NCBI GenBank assembly: GCA_030704615.1
Contig: CM060731.1
Coordinates: forward strand, 77,500,001 to 77,564,000
Length of the DNA: 64,000 bases
Source of the DNA: Takakia lepidozioides
Lineage: Eukaryota > Plantae > Bryophyta
Direction: 5' to 3'
This document shows, piece by piece, positions 38,055-52,480 of the stretch (within the stretch, counting starts at the first letter, position 1; each line of letters begins with the position of its first letter). The notes below the pieces were generated by a model, which worked only from the letters and a program-made list of their open reading frames with translations, searched no databases and was not told the origin of the DNA. The translations under genes were made by a program, and so were the position numbers.

Positions 38055-41000
38055 TCAGAATACACGACGGCCAGTCCGAGCCCAACTCAAGGCATCCAAC
38101 ATTCCATCAATGTAGTTAGAACAACTGTGGTCAGTGAGCATGGTGTTCGATAGGACAATTCGGCCAAATCGAGAAGATGGATCTGTCCCCCGAACTACCA
38201 CATGCCGCACCCGTGATGGTCTATGAGGCTCTTGTCCCTCCTTGGAAGGTGCAGCAGGGACAGGCAGCTCCTGGCCTGGTTGCAGAGGCTGGCGAATAAT
38301 ATGATAGAGAATCCCAGGCACAAAATGCCTTTGCTTCTCCAAGTCTTCCCGGCTCCTTGAAGTTCCAACAGTGGCTATTGCATTCACAGACACAGCCGCC
38401 GCCGCTACACCTTCATCTCTCTTCTCACCGTTCTTCTCTGCTATGGCAGTCAGGGATTTGTCCACATTACTTGACACTGTTCCCCACCACCAGCACCACA
38501 ATAAATTTAACTCCATTCAAGAGAAGAAAGTAGTAGGTCTTGTTAGTTCTGATCCTCCAAATCACACAAAGTAGGAACACATCTCTTTCCTTGCTAGTGA
38601 CAGATGGCCCACACCTTGGTTAGAAGCAGCTTTGAGTGCATCATTAGCAACAGTAGCTCCAAAGGTCAAGTAGTCGGCAGCAGTCTTTGCCGCAGAGCCA
38701 AGTTCGCCAGCTCTCACTCTTGCAAATCTGGAAAACAGAGTACTTGTGGCTGTTACCAGTGCAGTATAGCTATGCTCTTTCACTCTGTTGTAGGCCTCCA
38801 CCATGCCAGGTGGCAATTCCACTTGTTGCAACACCTCAACCACCTTCTTTGCTGGACCCTCCTTGAATGCTTGGCTCCTGCTAATCCCAATAGACGCAGG
38901 AAGATATGGGCCAATGTGTCACATCCAATTTCACGATATAGTCTTTGAGCAATAGGAACCAAAAATATGAGCTGAGTATAAAAGTCCAGTGTGTGAAGTT
39001 GATACCCTGGGAAAATCCTACAATCTCTTCAAATGCAGGCCTAGATAGTCAAATGGCCACTTTTGAGGCCTCAAATCCACAGCAGTAGTGGGGGAAAGAT
39101 GATGGAAACAGGCTTCGAGCAAGCTACTTGAGTGATATTGTCATATAGAACCAAAGAAAGGAACCCTACCACTCTGTCTGCACGATCTCGGAGCGCAGAC
39201 CTTCAAAAGCAGCAGGGCTAACTCGTGCCACTACATCATCCTGTCCGTACCCATCCCACCAGCCAGCACGCACTGCTTTGACTTGGTGAGATACTGTGCA
39301 GCCACTAAACCAGAGTTCATAGAATCTGAAACCCACATCCTAGTTATATGTCATGCCATAAGAAACCATGAGCCAGCTTCTGGCTCATATGGTTATGATA
39401 GTGTCAGTCCACATTATCAGGTAGTATTCAGCAGTATATCCATATAGGTTTATAAAACAAATGTGTGAGATCCCCCTGCTGTAGAGGATGCTTACTTTCT
39501 CACAATAAAGAACAGTATAAGCCAGCTGCTGCATGGATGACACTCTCTCAGCAACACCCTTCTATAATGGAGGCAACAGGGAAATTGAAAAATGTGAACA
39601 GGGCAAGACCTGAAGCACCACATTGTAGGTAAAATTGGCTGGCTCAGCAAGAGTGCGGTCAACACATGGTGGGCATCCAAAGCCCCAACATATCACCATT
39701 TCTGGTGGGATTCCCAGTGTCTTTGAAAACCGTCCATCTGCAGTTTCTCGTAGCAGCATACTCAGCAGAAATGCTGTAGAAGCCCCCAGTGAATGCCCTG
39801 TGAGCACTAGTGCATAACCCTGTGACACATCCCATCATCCCTCCTATCGTCAGTGGCCCATACCAGCCACACTTGCAACCATCTTGCTTTGAATCCCCTC
39901 ACCTCCCTTTCTTTGTGTGTTTCTCTCTCCACATCTACAGAAAACAGTGGAACACAGCAGTACCAGGTAGAGTCTGGGCTACATGCGAAGAGTCACATCT
40001 AGCTTTCTACTGTCCAGTTGTTCAGCTTCAGGTTGCTCAAATCCAGAACTTTATGCAAACCTCATATCCGTAAACACTTGTCAGGCATGTAGCAGTGATT
40101 TCACATAGTAAAACTGCAAGCCTAAGGCAGTGATGGAGACTATGTACGCACCCGATTGGACTGAAGGTAATCACGCAAAGTCTGTCCTTCATTCTCCAAG
40201 AGCCACCGTGCTGCCACCAGCATCCCTGAGTGTGCATACCTGTGCTAACAGACATTTTTCTTACTGATCTAAGCTAAAACTTTGCCCACCCTTAGTCTCA
40301 CCATAGTTGCCACCACTCAGCACCAGTTTCACTGGCTTATGATGATGATATAGGCAAAAAAACTTGCAAGAGAAAGCTGCCAGAAAGTTTAATTGACAAA
40401 ATACCCTGAAAATTTTGTTTTGGTCTGCCAATTTCAGAAACCTACAAGTTACTCTGATAGGCCTCAGACGGTTACTTACCCTCCTTTGAAAGGCTCACTG
40501 TGAGGATTGAGGTCAGTCAAAAGATCAGTAGCAGTGTAAGTTCCGCGAATGCCCATCACCACACAGCGGCGTAGATGGTGCAGCGCCACAAAAAATGCCG
40601 GCTTCATCACTGCTGATGTGCTGACCATCTTAACAACATCCTCCTCTCTTATCTGTTCCTTCCAGACCACCAGTTGTTATGCCCAATTCCAAAAACACCT
40701 CCAAATTTGTTCGCAATTTGTGCCACCTTGTCAATACAATACAGAAGGTGATGTGCAATTTTTGGGAAAAAATTATTAAGAGCTGGGTGTGGGGCCGACT
40801 CTTGACGAACAGACATTTTCCAAAAGCTTTTAACGGTATTGAAACAATTCCAACAAACCTACCATGCTATCAAAAACACACACTAAAGCTCTTTAGCTCG
40901 CATCTAACAACGCCCAACGACCTTTGTTTCAAGCCATCAAACAAGCCTGTCAAGTACCTTCAAAGCATCAGCAAGAGCGAGTCTGTCTGGTTTGTATGCA

Positions 41001-41650
41001 GCCATAGCCCAGTGAATCCACTCCAACATGGCTTCCAGTTCAGCCCTACATAAAAAGTCAGCCATTTTCCTCTTCCTATTTCTGGTATGGAGGTACTTGT
41101 GTGTAAGAATCACCCTTGATGTATGTCAAACATCATTGTCGAAATGCACATTGAAATGCTTCAGAAAGATCACTCAAGCAGTGTGGCAAACAGCTGAGGC
41201 TGAAAGTGTGAAGGGTTTCCAGGTCATTGTGGGGAGTACAGATTATAGTTTGATTAAACTCACACCTGTTGGAGAGGGACCATTGTCCTAACCAGACACT
41301 AACCTCTTGGCACAGAGGGCTGGTAAACTCAACTACAGATGGATACGACAGAAAATTCAGAATGTTTGATTTATATCTACTGCTAGAAATATCATTCTTA
41401 CTACACAAGGAAAACTGAAATTGAAGGTCAAACCCAGCTGAAGGAAGAGGAAGGCTTACATATTAGAGACAGGAAAGCCAGAGATGGTGTCAACAGCACC
41501 CTCCAGGGAATGGCGACCTGAGAGCTTGTAAAGACCAAGAGTGAGCTCAGTTATGCTCCATTTGCTCACGCCGGAAAAACTGTGCATTAAACTTGCTGCT
41601 ACTGTGACCAGTGTCTTCTCCATGCTTGATGGAACCAAGTGATCTCCTAC
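38055..41650 (-). CDS. Lipase class 3 family (mono/diacylglycerol-lipase-like), multi-exon; further 5' exons may reach ~43.5 kb
   Basis: PAFFVALHH...GIRGT..ATDLLTD, the nucleophile elbow GHSLG, WGFGCPPCV, DDVVARVS and the terminal RIVLSNTMLTDH. Confidence 0.87.
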
Positions 41651-44373
41651 ACCCCATCAGCCAGTGTCAACAAGGTTGTAATTTTGCATCCATTCATGCA
41701 CAATAGGGCTTCTCTCTCTCCCTCCTTAGGCAAACAATTAGTACATCCTCTCCTTTTCCTCGAATGTGTCTAAGTCCCAAGTAGCACCACTCAAGGATTG
41801 CCTGAGCCTGATATTCTGTAGAGAAATTTGTTCACAACAGAACGGAATAATGGAGTGACTCATTAGGGGTTTCCCTAGGTCTAAACATACAGCAGCTGCC
41901 CTATAGTTTTACAAACCCTGGCCACCCTTTTCATTTCCAAGACAAACAGGCAAGAGCTGAAGGAGAAGTCACCTTACTGCTGCACTATGGCTCTCCCTCT
42001 CGTGGGCAACATTTTATGTTTTTGGAAGTGGTTTCTTAGTTGTTCTACTTGTCCCATGAGCCCTCAGGGGCCCCTAAGGACAATATAAAGTTCCTTTCTT
42101 ATTTCTCTCTCTTCTCTCAGGGGCCCCATTCAAGTACTCGTCTGGTTCTTTGATCCTGTCCTGCCCCTGTGCCAAAGTAATTTAATGGTTCTTTTTGTCG
42201 GGTGTCCCTTGGGTCCTTTGGTTCTCCTGGGACATGGTAAATTTTTCAAGCACCTTCTCCAGACACTCAAACACAGGCTGCAGGACAGATCTTGTTCTCA
42301 GAGCAAGGGGAAGGAATTGGGCAAAGGGGCACAGCAATTGTGGCTTCTACCATACCCACTTACCAAGCTGCTGGCTCAACACTTTTCTTAGCACAGCAGA
42401 AAGTCTAAAGCAGGGCCATTGCAGAGAGGTAGGCGGAAGTGTGAAGAGATAAGCTATAAGATTGAACCGAATAACATAACTAGGGACAGTCATGGCCCAT
42501 TTCTGAAGTGACCGCTAGAGGCATGACGCAAAGCAAGCATACTCCTGCTCTGGAATACACTCCACTCTGCTTAAAGCGTCCACTTGCTTCCGTCCTGGTT
42601 TCCAAAGGTGCCTGTCGGTAAGGTTGGTCCTTAGTTTGGCCGAGGCTCTGATTCACTTTCAATGCGAATGTGCGTGTGTAATGAAGCCCCCTCGCTCCTC
42701 AACCCATGCACTAGGCTCTTTAGAATTCCACTGAAACAGACAACATGTTGCTCGGATGGTAATTCTCCAGAGAAGAACTAAATTTAGAGTTCGCAATTCC
42801 TAATTTGGGCTGTTGCTCTACCAAGAGCCTTAAATTTGTCAGCTACATGACTTTCTTCAGATCTGGTTTGCAGTGATGATGACGAGCATATCAAAATAAA
42901 GGGTACAGATTTCACGGTTCACTTAAGCACAAACAAAGCGTCTGAGAACAGAAACGTGAGTTACAGGAATAGCCCAGAGAGGAGGGTGGGGAGTTGCACC
43001 ATGTGTATGAGATTGGACTGCGGGTCGTATGAGATGTGCCCATTGCTCCGCAGGCACTTGCTGTAATATGTCTTCACTTCGCACCCGTTCCAATGCCATA
43101 CTGCCTTCGCCCACTGTTTCTATGTTCCTCTTCTGAGTGGTTGCATCACCATTACTGGCAGTTGGAAAAGAAGAGCAGCCTGAGAGACAAAGAGTCTTAC
43201 AGAGACAAGTAATTCAAACTCCCAGTTCGCAAAGGGAATGATTCGTTCCAGCCTCGTGGACAACCCATACAAAACTCACTCTGTGGTGAAAAGCCATGTG
43301 GTCAAACATCTTGGGTCATACATGCAGTGAACAGGGACAATCCAGGAACTTACTTGAGGGGCAATTTCAATGTTTACGCGTGAAGACACCACTTGATACT
43401 CCTTCATTGAACACTGGACGATTGCAATGTAAGTAATCAGTGTTGGCCCCACTCTCCTCACAGAATTGCCTGGCTAATAAAGCTGCATGGGTACTCATTG
43501 CTCCAGCCCAGCATCACCACTAAGCGACGGTCCATTTACACTACTGACCAACAACCGTTCATGAGAACAGCACCTATTAAGTGTGATACATAGTACATCG
43601 ATTCATTCCCCAACACCCAGAGGGATGGCTCGTTGTGACATGTCTCTAACAGGTTGGTATACCTACTTCTTAGAAGGTGGGTGTGCACAATCTGAAAATA
43701 ATGTATTACCAACGAAAGAAAGCGGAAACACACCTTCACACATTACTTCGAACTCTCCAAGCATCATCTCAAATCCTACTCTCTTCTGAGATTTTTTGTC
43801 TAATTGGCACCTCTCTTAGAGCTTGAATTTGAAACATGTGATATTGTGGATGAGTTTTGCCTCCGATTGTTCCAGTAAACGTACACATGAAGTGAGAACA
43901 AGATCATTGTGAGGAAAAGAAATGAAGTTTAATGCCCAGCAAGATAGGTAGCCAGTGGTGAGATAGACAGCAAACCATCCACTCATGGCAAGTATGTGGC
44001 TCCATCATGGATATTAAGTTAAGAGATGATAACTGCCCTTAAAAAGGTTTTGTTGGTGATGGAAGACTCAGAGAGATCCCACAATTGGGGACTAATCTCT
44101 GGTGTCTAGTTTATGCTGGCTTGCCAGTAATATTATGGTACCCAATTGATAGCTTTGGGAAGCACCAAAACACATTAGCATCATACAGAACCTTCTTTGG
44201 TACCATCATCTAGCCATCCAAGATGGGCTTGATACCTTTGGAACAACATACAATCCTTACTTTGACATAAAAATGCTTTCCGAAGATATTCCTCTGGTGG
44301 TGGAGGTTGAAATTGGGAACTGAGAATGTCTTGACATGATTAAGTCTAGCATTTAGAGCAAAGTCTGGTACTT

Positions 44374-47300
44374 CTAGCTGTCGTGCCCAGCAGGTTTTCT
44401 CCTGATTGCAGAAGTCTGGATAAGAGAGAATACTAATAACACTGGCACAGCCCAGGCGTAGGCAGGGGATGCCACCAAAGCACTTGATCCATAGGCTCCC
44501 AACAGCGTGGAGCATAACTGCAACCAACCCCCATCATTAATCTCACTGTCAGCATGTCCTTGAGCAAGCATGCAAGTTGGTCACTTTCGCACAAAAATAC
44601 ATGCGGATCAAGCAGTGTGTGGATGACAAGGTTAGGGAATGTGACCATGCAGTCAGGATAACTGAGGGCATTTTTTTAGGAGTCCAGGCGCACTTCTGAA
44701 CTCCTGCCCAGTCATGGTTGTTAAATCTGAAAGGGACAGTTACATAATCAATTGCCAAAGCTAACAAGGAAAGCTTACCCGCCAGTGAATCCATGCAACT
44801 GACAAGCACCCTACAAAGAGGGCTTTTCGAACCAGCCGGTTGCACAGGCTGCAATAGTCCGTGTCCTCTTCCTTAGCAAGTAGCAATGTCTCAAGCTCTC
44901 CTTCTGGCTGAGCCATAGCCTCTTCCTTAGGCGATGGCTGTGGCACTTCACCATTTGTCTCATCAGAACTGGATTCACCACTACCATTACCAGCTTCAGT
45001 TTGAACAGCAGTTTTCTTTGGATTCTTCCAGATGGACTTACACTTTCTCTGTGACCCGCATTTACCCACAGTTGCAACATGAAACTCGCATGCAGCTCGC
45101 TCAGCTGAGAGAGCAGACAGCATTAAAACCAATGGAAAGAGCACTGCATACACAAATGGCAGAACAATGCCCATAATGTCCGGCACACCTAAACCGGACT
45201 GCTGATGTACAGTGGAGGTATTGGAAGGACGAACGGTCCAACCATGGAGCGACATGTAGCCTTTTGGGTAGTCATCCGCAAGTACTCGCCCGGAGAACCA
45301 GGGGAAGAGAATCAGATATGTAACGTACGCCACCAAAGCCACCCATAGATGTGTGTTGCGTGAGCCCTCTAAAACAGCCCAAAAAGGAACCTTGACAACT
45401 TTGACAATATTGCTGTCTGAGGAAGGGGTGAAGACAGACATAACCCACTCCTCGTAAAGACCCCTTCTTTCAAGATAGAGATGGAAAATCTTCGGGATGA
45501 CTAGCAATGCTAAGATAAAAAAGAGCATTCCCCAAAGTAGAATGGGATAGAAATTCTCCCATTGAAAGCCCATGACAAGGTATCCCAGCCACGTTATCCT
45601 GAAAGCACCCAGTTTCCCTTTCACAGAAAAGGGACGCAATTCACTCTCCGCAACACTTTCAGTAGAGTTCTTCACTTGAATTTGAAGCCAGTAACGTGTT
45701 GCTGAATCATCCACAAACTTTTCACTCTCCCAAGGAGCATTGTAGTAGTGTGCTCCACCTTGAACTCTTCTGTGTCCACCCTTAACAAGCTTCATCTCTA
45801 TCTCATCAATGAGGACCAAGGATCTAGATGTGAAGTCAAAAATTCTAGCCATAACAGAGATGGGGGGTGTCTCAGCAAATACAAGAGCTCGGATTGAATC
45901 CACATCCGATTCTCCTGCTAGCACATCACTGGAGGCCCGAAGCATGGTTAGGGAGTCAAGAGGGTAGGTTGGCAGTATGATTGTAGGCATCACAAACTCC
46001 TCAGAGTTGTCATCCTTGTGGATAAGCTCAATGTCAACAAAAGAGGTGTATCCATTATCAACTGCCAGTACACGCATCATGCGGCTAACACGCCAGTCTC
46101 CCGTCTCCCACTCCCAAAACTCTCCCATTTTCTTTGAATCCTGCGAGGCACGCCTGCAGACAAGTTACTCATCAGTACAATTTGGGTGGAAACAGATATA
46201 GGAAAGGGAAGCAACATTTATCTCCCACAGATAGCTCTGGTATACAGAGCCTTTTGGGAAAGCTCACAATTTTTGGTAACCTCAAGAGGGATGGAAAATC
46301 ACCAGGCATTTAGCTTCATGACCAACTTGGCAAGCTTCACGTTGGAGGACTCTTGAGGGACTGATGGAGATTACCAGGAAGGTACGCCTTCAGGCCTGGA
46401 AGGGGTGCTTCCTAATCAAAACCTTTATGGACTATTTTGAAGGGATTCCGGAGAGATTCTACCATTCATCACACAAAACAGAATGAAGGACCCCCTGCAG
46501 ATACTGTAATGCGATCATTCCTCTGAGTGTGAGGGCTACCTGCTATAGGTGAAGGATCTGTGTCCAAAGGTAACAAGGAAATTTGTGATATTGAGGCCTG
46601 TCCTTGCACTTGTTGAAAAGCATGAATACTGCTTAGGTGATTTTTTTTCTTTGCTCAAGAGGGCACATACTTGTGATGCTTGTAGAGATGCCGTCCAAAT
46701 TTGGTGTGCAAGTGCCCACAGAGATACGCTGCAATTTCATGCTTAGCAAAAATCTCCTCTGGACGTTTCCCTGTGGATGTCGAAGCAGTGAATGACATGG
46801 GAAAGTGACCGAATACAATTTTTGTCACGGGTTCTGAAGTGCCACGGTCCCATTGGCTGAGCTCTGTGTCCAGCTCTAATAAGCTGCTATCAGTGGGATG
46901 CCCAAACAGGTTGGAGGGTCCCCTCAACCCCACACTCATGGAGTCATCCACTCCTACAAACAAGTGCTTTCGACCACCATGCGCCTACAAGAACATCAAA
47001 GAGGAACAATCAGCTTTCTATTCAACACATTGGACTCTAACTTGAAAACTTCATAACATCCAACCATGCTCAAGTGTGTAGTCTAAAGTACTATGGAACT
47101 CAAATTACAAGATTCCCCATCTCTAATACCAATACAACACTACAACGTGACCCAGCCATGGCTATGCTATAGCCGATTTACTGACCATTTTATAGGTTCA
47201 TAAAGATTACAGTTACAACTTGACACTTCCTTACAACGATCCCAACACTCTTTGGTTGCACTATGCTGTAACCACCACTACTCACTTGGTATCTCTTGCT

Positions 47301-49265
47301 ACTGCCCTTTCCACCAATACCAGAATAAGGAGGAAACTAACCATGCCTTGCTTATGGTAGCATTGACCATGCCCCTACTTCCAGTCTCTACTGGAATGAG
47401 GATACTCCAAATCGAACACACTCATCTATACCTTTCCATGAATGCTTCAATGAGATAACACTCCATCTTGCACTTTCATACACATTGTGTGGCAGAGGAG
47501 GTTTCATGGCAGATTTCTCACCAAAACCGTCACACTTTGAACAAGGCTGCTGCGGTTCAAGCGAGCACTGATACTGTACTGTGAAAAATAGTCAAGGGGG
47601 CTAATCAGAGGAACCCCATACTTGTCATGGTTGCCCCTCATGTCAAAAAAGGCATGTAGAGGAATCCCACTGTCATCCACCACCTTCTGCAAGGTATCTC
47701 GATATTCAATCCACTCTGCCTCATCCTGCCGTGTTGCTGTCTTCTCCTTGTTCTTTGCATCTGCTCCCATTTCCGACAAACACCTGTCAGTATAATTGCT
47801 ACCAATTCCTTACTTCTAGAGCTGTTATGTCTTACCAATCAACAGTACACTATCTCATGTATGACTTCGATGTCCATTTGAAAGCCTCAAGTTGGGCACC
47901 CAGAGTTTACATTTATGTCTGCACCTCCACAAGTATCAACAACGGCACCGAGAGCCACCACAACAGACTGTTTTTTTAAGCAAAAAGGATCTGTATGGCA
48001 AAGAAGCAGAATCAGGCTGGATGGAGCAGGTGCATGTGAAATTCCTTCTAAACCTTCTAGGGCTCAGTATGGCCACAGTGTTCTAACCACTTGCCTATCT
48101 GTGCAGGTGTGGCACAGACCAAGCCCCTCACCTTTATATCGAACTGAAGGGCTTGTGACATAAAAATTTATCTTTTGGGTGAGGATTAAAAATCTTTAAT
48201 TTCAATTTTGCTTCGAGTAAAGTTTTTCAGCAACATTCACCATGCAACTGCATGAATTCAATTAATAGGATGTGGAGTGTCTGTGCCCTCCGTGCAGAAA
48301 TTTAATTAGGTGAGGCATCAACAGCTACCAGGCTCACATATTTCCTGTAGAGCCCACCCCTGAAGCTCACCCCAGTCCCCACATGTGGAAATTGCGCTTT
48401 TATGCGATCACCCTCTTCCAGGAGCCAAAGCTTCAAAAGATGCTAACAGGCAGGCTCCCAACAGGAAGATGTGGCCCTACAATGGATAACTCAATATTCC
48501 TCAGGAAAAACCTGTGCAGGCATTTCAGTATTTCAGACCAATACTTGAGTACTTCATATTCTTGATAGCCCCTCTATAGCATGAATGATTTTATAGTGTC
48601 ACAGAAAATTTCGTCAAAACAGAGAAGGAATCCCAGCTACATTGCTCCACACTTTTGTAACTAAGGGCACCCACGAGTGGCAATACCAACTGTGTAGGTC
48701 AAAATACAGCCCTTCCTTTCCTTGTAATGGCACTATAATCGGAACTGGGAAGATCTGAATTCTACCAACAGACTGCGTGCATCTTGCTCAAGCCTGGAAT
48801 TCAGTATGCTTGGATGTTTCTTACCCGACTATGCCACAGAAGTACCTTTAACAGTTTCCCTGTTTCAAATGGAAAGTACTTAGTTTATGAGCTCCACTTG
48901 AAGATAACCTAGTCTTTCTTTCATTTCTTGAGGACCAAATTCGCAGTAGGTGGAAATGGAAAGGTGAAGAGAAGAAACCCACCAGTGAGATCGCCTGTGA
49001 CTAACACCAACGATGGCTTAATCAATGCAAGGGTGTGACCCAACGATTTTCTCAAGGACTTTCCACGCTCTGGGTAATACGCACTAATATGCAAGTCAGA
49101 CACTTGCACCACCCATACCACCCCTGGAGGCCCGCTCTCCGAGCTCACCAACTCCCTCCACCCCCTCCCTGAATTGGGTTTCGTGATTGACATGACATGA
49201 CTTGGACATAGACACACCCAGATTCCCAGAATGATTAACAAAACTTGGATCCTTGATGACTCCAT
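44374..49265 (-). CDS. Membrane metallophosphoesterase (calcineurin-like; At3g03305/TMEM62-like), 5 exons
   Basis: Signal anchor, QVSDLH, TGDLT-DAK, RGNHD, FGHFP, CGHLH, WEWETGDWR and several C-terminal transmembrane segments. Confidence 0.92.
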
Positions 49266-50012
49266 CGAACGCTCGGTTTCCCCCTCTCTCGCTCCTTCTC
49301 TGTCTGCCCCCGCCTCCCCTCTAATTCAATCTTAATTTCTGATATGGGATGAGAGAGAACAGATCACCCCCCTAATGAATACCTCTAGCTACCATAAACA
49401 CTCCGTCTTCTCTTTCCCTCCACAAGGTCATTGACGCTTGGTGGAACTGCAGGCTGACTGGTCACAGTGGGTCAGAGAACCCAAAACGGATTCTGTGACC
49501 CATGAGCGCCTGTCATTACGGTGATCATCGCACACCCACAACACCTCTCTCGTTTAAGGATCAATTCGGGACGACCCCGCGGAATACTAAAAGGGCCTAG
49601 TCTGTAGGAATGAAAACAGTTCAACATCCGTAGAGTCTATTCCAAGTCTTGCTAGGAAAGGCACTCGAATATGTTCAGGCATCCATAAGTTTCTAGTGAA
49701 GTTTCCGAATGCTGTAATGTTGGGGCCGGAGAGGATGGCTGGTAACATGCAGTTGTCTTAAAGAAACCCGCCACAAGACATCCATGCGCTTGTCAGAATG
49801 GCAAAGCCAGCGTCTGATATTCCCTAGGCAGCAATCGACTTTGTGAGGGTGCAGATTACACAGGACATTAGTGAATGGCCAGAAGCCCAACGTCCTTATG
49901 TGAAGACGCCATAGACTGGTTGTTCATTTTCTTTCGACTCTTAGAAACTGGCACAGTAGTGAAGGAGTGCTGTTGTTGGTTGATTCAGACCGCACTTAGA
50001 GATGTGAAGGCT

Positions 50013-50477
50013 TGTTTTGAGCAGGAGGAATATGCAGCGTTCCTCACCGTTAGCGCTCTAGAAAAGAAGGGGTATAGTTCAAAAGAGCATGCAATGCAGA
50101 AATTGAGGCACACAAACACGCAGAGGACGGCACATAGGATTCTCACGCCTGTTCATCCACTGGCAGAACCCCGAAGACACACAGATGCACACCTTTCATA
50201 CACGATTTCACCAAACGACCCTTGACCCCAGATCGGGCTAACTTTAAACGGGAGATCAGAGGTTAAGCCCCAGGCCACGTGCCTGCTTGCAACAAGACAG
50301 CCGGATTTAGACTAAGATCACACCGTTGGGCAGTCAACGGTACAGATGCAGCCGCTCTAGCCTAGGTTACCAGTATTGCAGCGTATGTATAACGGTTATA
50401 CATAAAGACAGGGATGGTCATTGTCAGGTTTGAATGAAAACCACCATTATGAGGCAAGGAGAGAATGTTACATCACA
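50013..50477 (-). repeat. 3' LTR core
   Basis: Near-identical to 57602-58068 (roughly a dozen differences by eye). Confidence 0.92.
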
Positions 50478-50490
50478 TATGTGAAGGCTA

Positions 50491-50511
50491 CCCCCCCCCC
50501 CCCCCTTTTTT
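50491..50511 (-). promoter_or_regulatory. Polypurine tract (A6G15 on the minus strand)
   Basis: C15T6 run on the plus strand, 13 nt from the LTR core. Confidence 0.8.
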
Positions 50512-50724
50512 AATCTGAGCTCCGCGAGGTAAGCTAATACTAAGATTGACATACCCCTAAGTGGAGCCTCCTCCATTGCTGGATTAAAAACCTTGATGGG
50601 GAAAAACCCGGCACCTGCAAATTGGGCCTAGGGACAAAATCTACCAAGAAGGAAAACCGTGCAAAGAGTACAAGTGCGGCACCATCTAATGCTATACTGC
50701 AATAAGCCATGACTAGGCGAAAGA

Positions 50725-52058
50725 TCAGGAAGGACCAGCTTGAGAAGCCAAAGGCGTGAGTACCACCGAACGTCCCTCCACATTAATGCATGTGAGATCA
50801 AACACCAAAGTCGAGTGGATCAAATCAGTAAGGTGAACTGGTTCATCATGTGATTTTGTATTAGCGCCTTGACGAAGAATCAGAGCACGCTGACCACGCA
50901 GCAGCTTGTAGAGCAGATACGGGCCGTCGATCTTCAACTTGGATTTGCACACATGCATGTCATGTTGAAGTCTCAAACACACGGTCTGTCCCTCGTAGAA
51001 GTGATCGGTGTACTTGACCCTCTTGTTGAAATTGCGAGCTTGTGCTGCTTGTGCAACCATAATGTTAGCCTTGGCATCATTGACTGAAACAACATGACGA
51101 GCATGCAAATTCCAAAAACGTATCAAGGTCTACTGGGTCAGCTACAGTAGAAATCAAAGGAGATGAATGCAAAGGAGAGACACACTTGCGACCGTAAAGA
51201 AGTTCAAAGGGAGTTTTCCTCGTGCTAGCATGGACAGCAGTACGATAAGCAAAAACTATAGGAGGTAGAAAGATATCCCATTCCCGAGTTAGAGCCCCAT
51301 TCCTTTCCAACATCCTGCAGATGGTCTGGTTGAAGCGCTCCGTCAAACCGTTGGTTTGAGGGTGGTATGGAGCTGTCGTTCGATGCTTCACCCCAAAATT
51401 GAAACAGATGACAGTCATCAGCTAATTGCAGAATTCCTTGCCCTGATTAGATAAGCCAAGTCTATGCCTACACGAGCAAAGACATGAGTGACAGGCAAGG
51501 GCTGCAATTCATAGACAACTCCAACTTGAGGAAGAGGTACATTAGCACGACATGCCTCACACTTCGAGACAAAATCAGTCACATCATGTTGCATGTCTTT
51601 CCAATAGTAAACTTCCTGAGTGCGAGCTATGGTTTTCTTAATGCCAAGGTGTCTGGTATACAAAGAAGAATGAAACCGCTCCAATAAAGAGGTCAGTTGG
51701 CTCCGTGGTGGCACCTCCAAATAGCAAACAATTCTTTCCCTGGTACACGCTTTGAACAACATGTTGTTCATACAACAATGCGTGCTGATGTGATATAACA
51801 CATGCTTCTTCAGGTTATCAGGAAGTGTTGTCGGCGTGCGTCCGGTAAGACACCACTGAGTAGCGCTGCGTGCAGTGAATCATCCATGGCAGGTCTGCAC
51901 ATAAGTATGGTCCAATGGGTTTAGCAGGGGTGGACTATATCCATGTCAAAGGCCTGCAAATACATAGCCCACCGAGCAAGTCTCCCATATAATTCTCGAG
52001 GTTTAACTATAGCTTTTAACGGTAGATGATCAGTTTCAACCAGTATCCTGTCAACAAC
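50725..52058 (-). pseudogene. RNase H C-terminal half and integrase with GPY/F module
   Basis: VETDHLPL..GRLARWA, zinc finger H..HLG..C..C, RVGID, YHPQTNGLTERFN, TPFELLYG and DGPY. Frameshifted. Confidence 0.9.
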
Positions 52059-52480
52059 GTTTTGTCTCGAACTTGGGAGTACAACTGTACTACGCGGGTG
52101 GGTTTTTGGCTTAGCACGCCGCGGGCTTGGGAGTGTGGCGATTGCGGACTACACGATTGACAAGCACGAGGTGCTCAAGGTGTTGACTCCCCATGTCTGG
52201 CACATCGTCACGCCGAGCACTGCATCTGCCTGAAGGTACCCCCACGTTGGTTGATTCACGTTCTGCATGTCTGCCACGTGGTTACGATCAGGCAGAGACC
52301 GTGGAGCTTCACGGGGTATGGACACCATTTTAGAGATTGGAACTGGGCCTGCCGGTGATGATTCGGGGCTGGTCAGAGAAGGTTTTTCTAACATGAGCCT
52401 GTGTAGTCCTAGTCATGGAGTGACTCATGTTGTGGCTTTTGATGACTCTCTATCTTGTCATGAAACATTAGGATCGAAGG

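Noticed and set aside
50002-50489. 11-bp direct repeat atgtgaaggct read as the TSD of a solo-LTR insertion
   Set aside because: Too long for an LTR-element TSD. The inner copy lies between the element's own PPT and LTR, and a 4-bp GAGA TSD fits the whole element.
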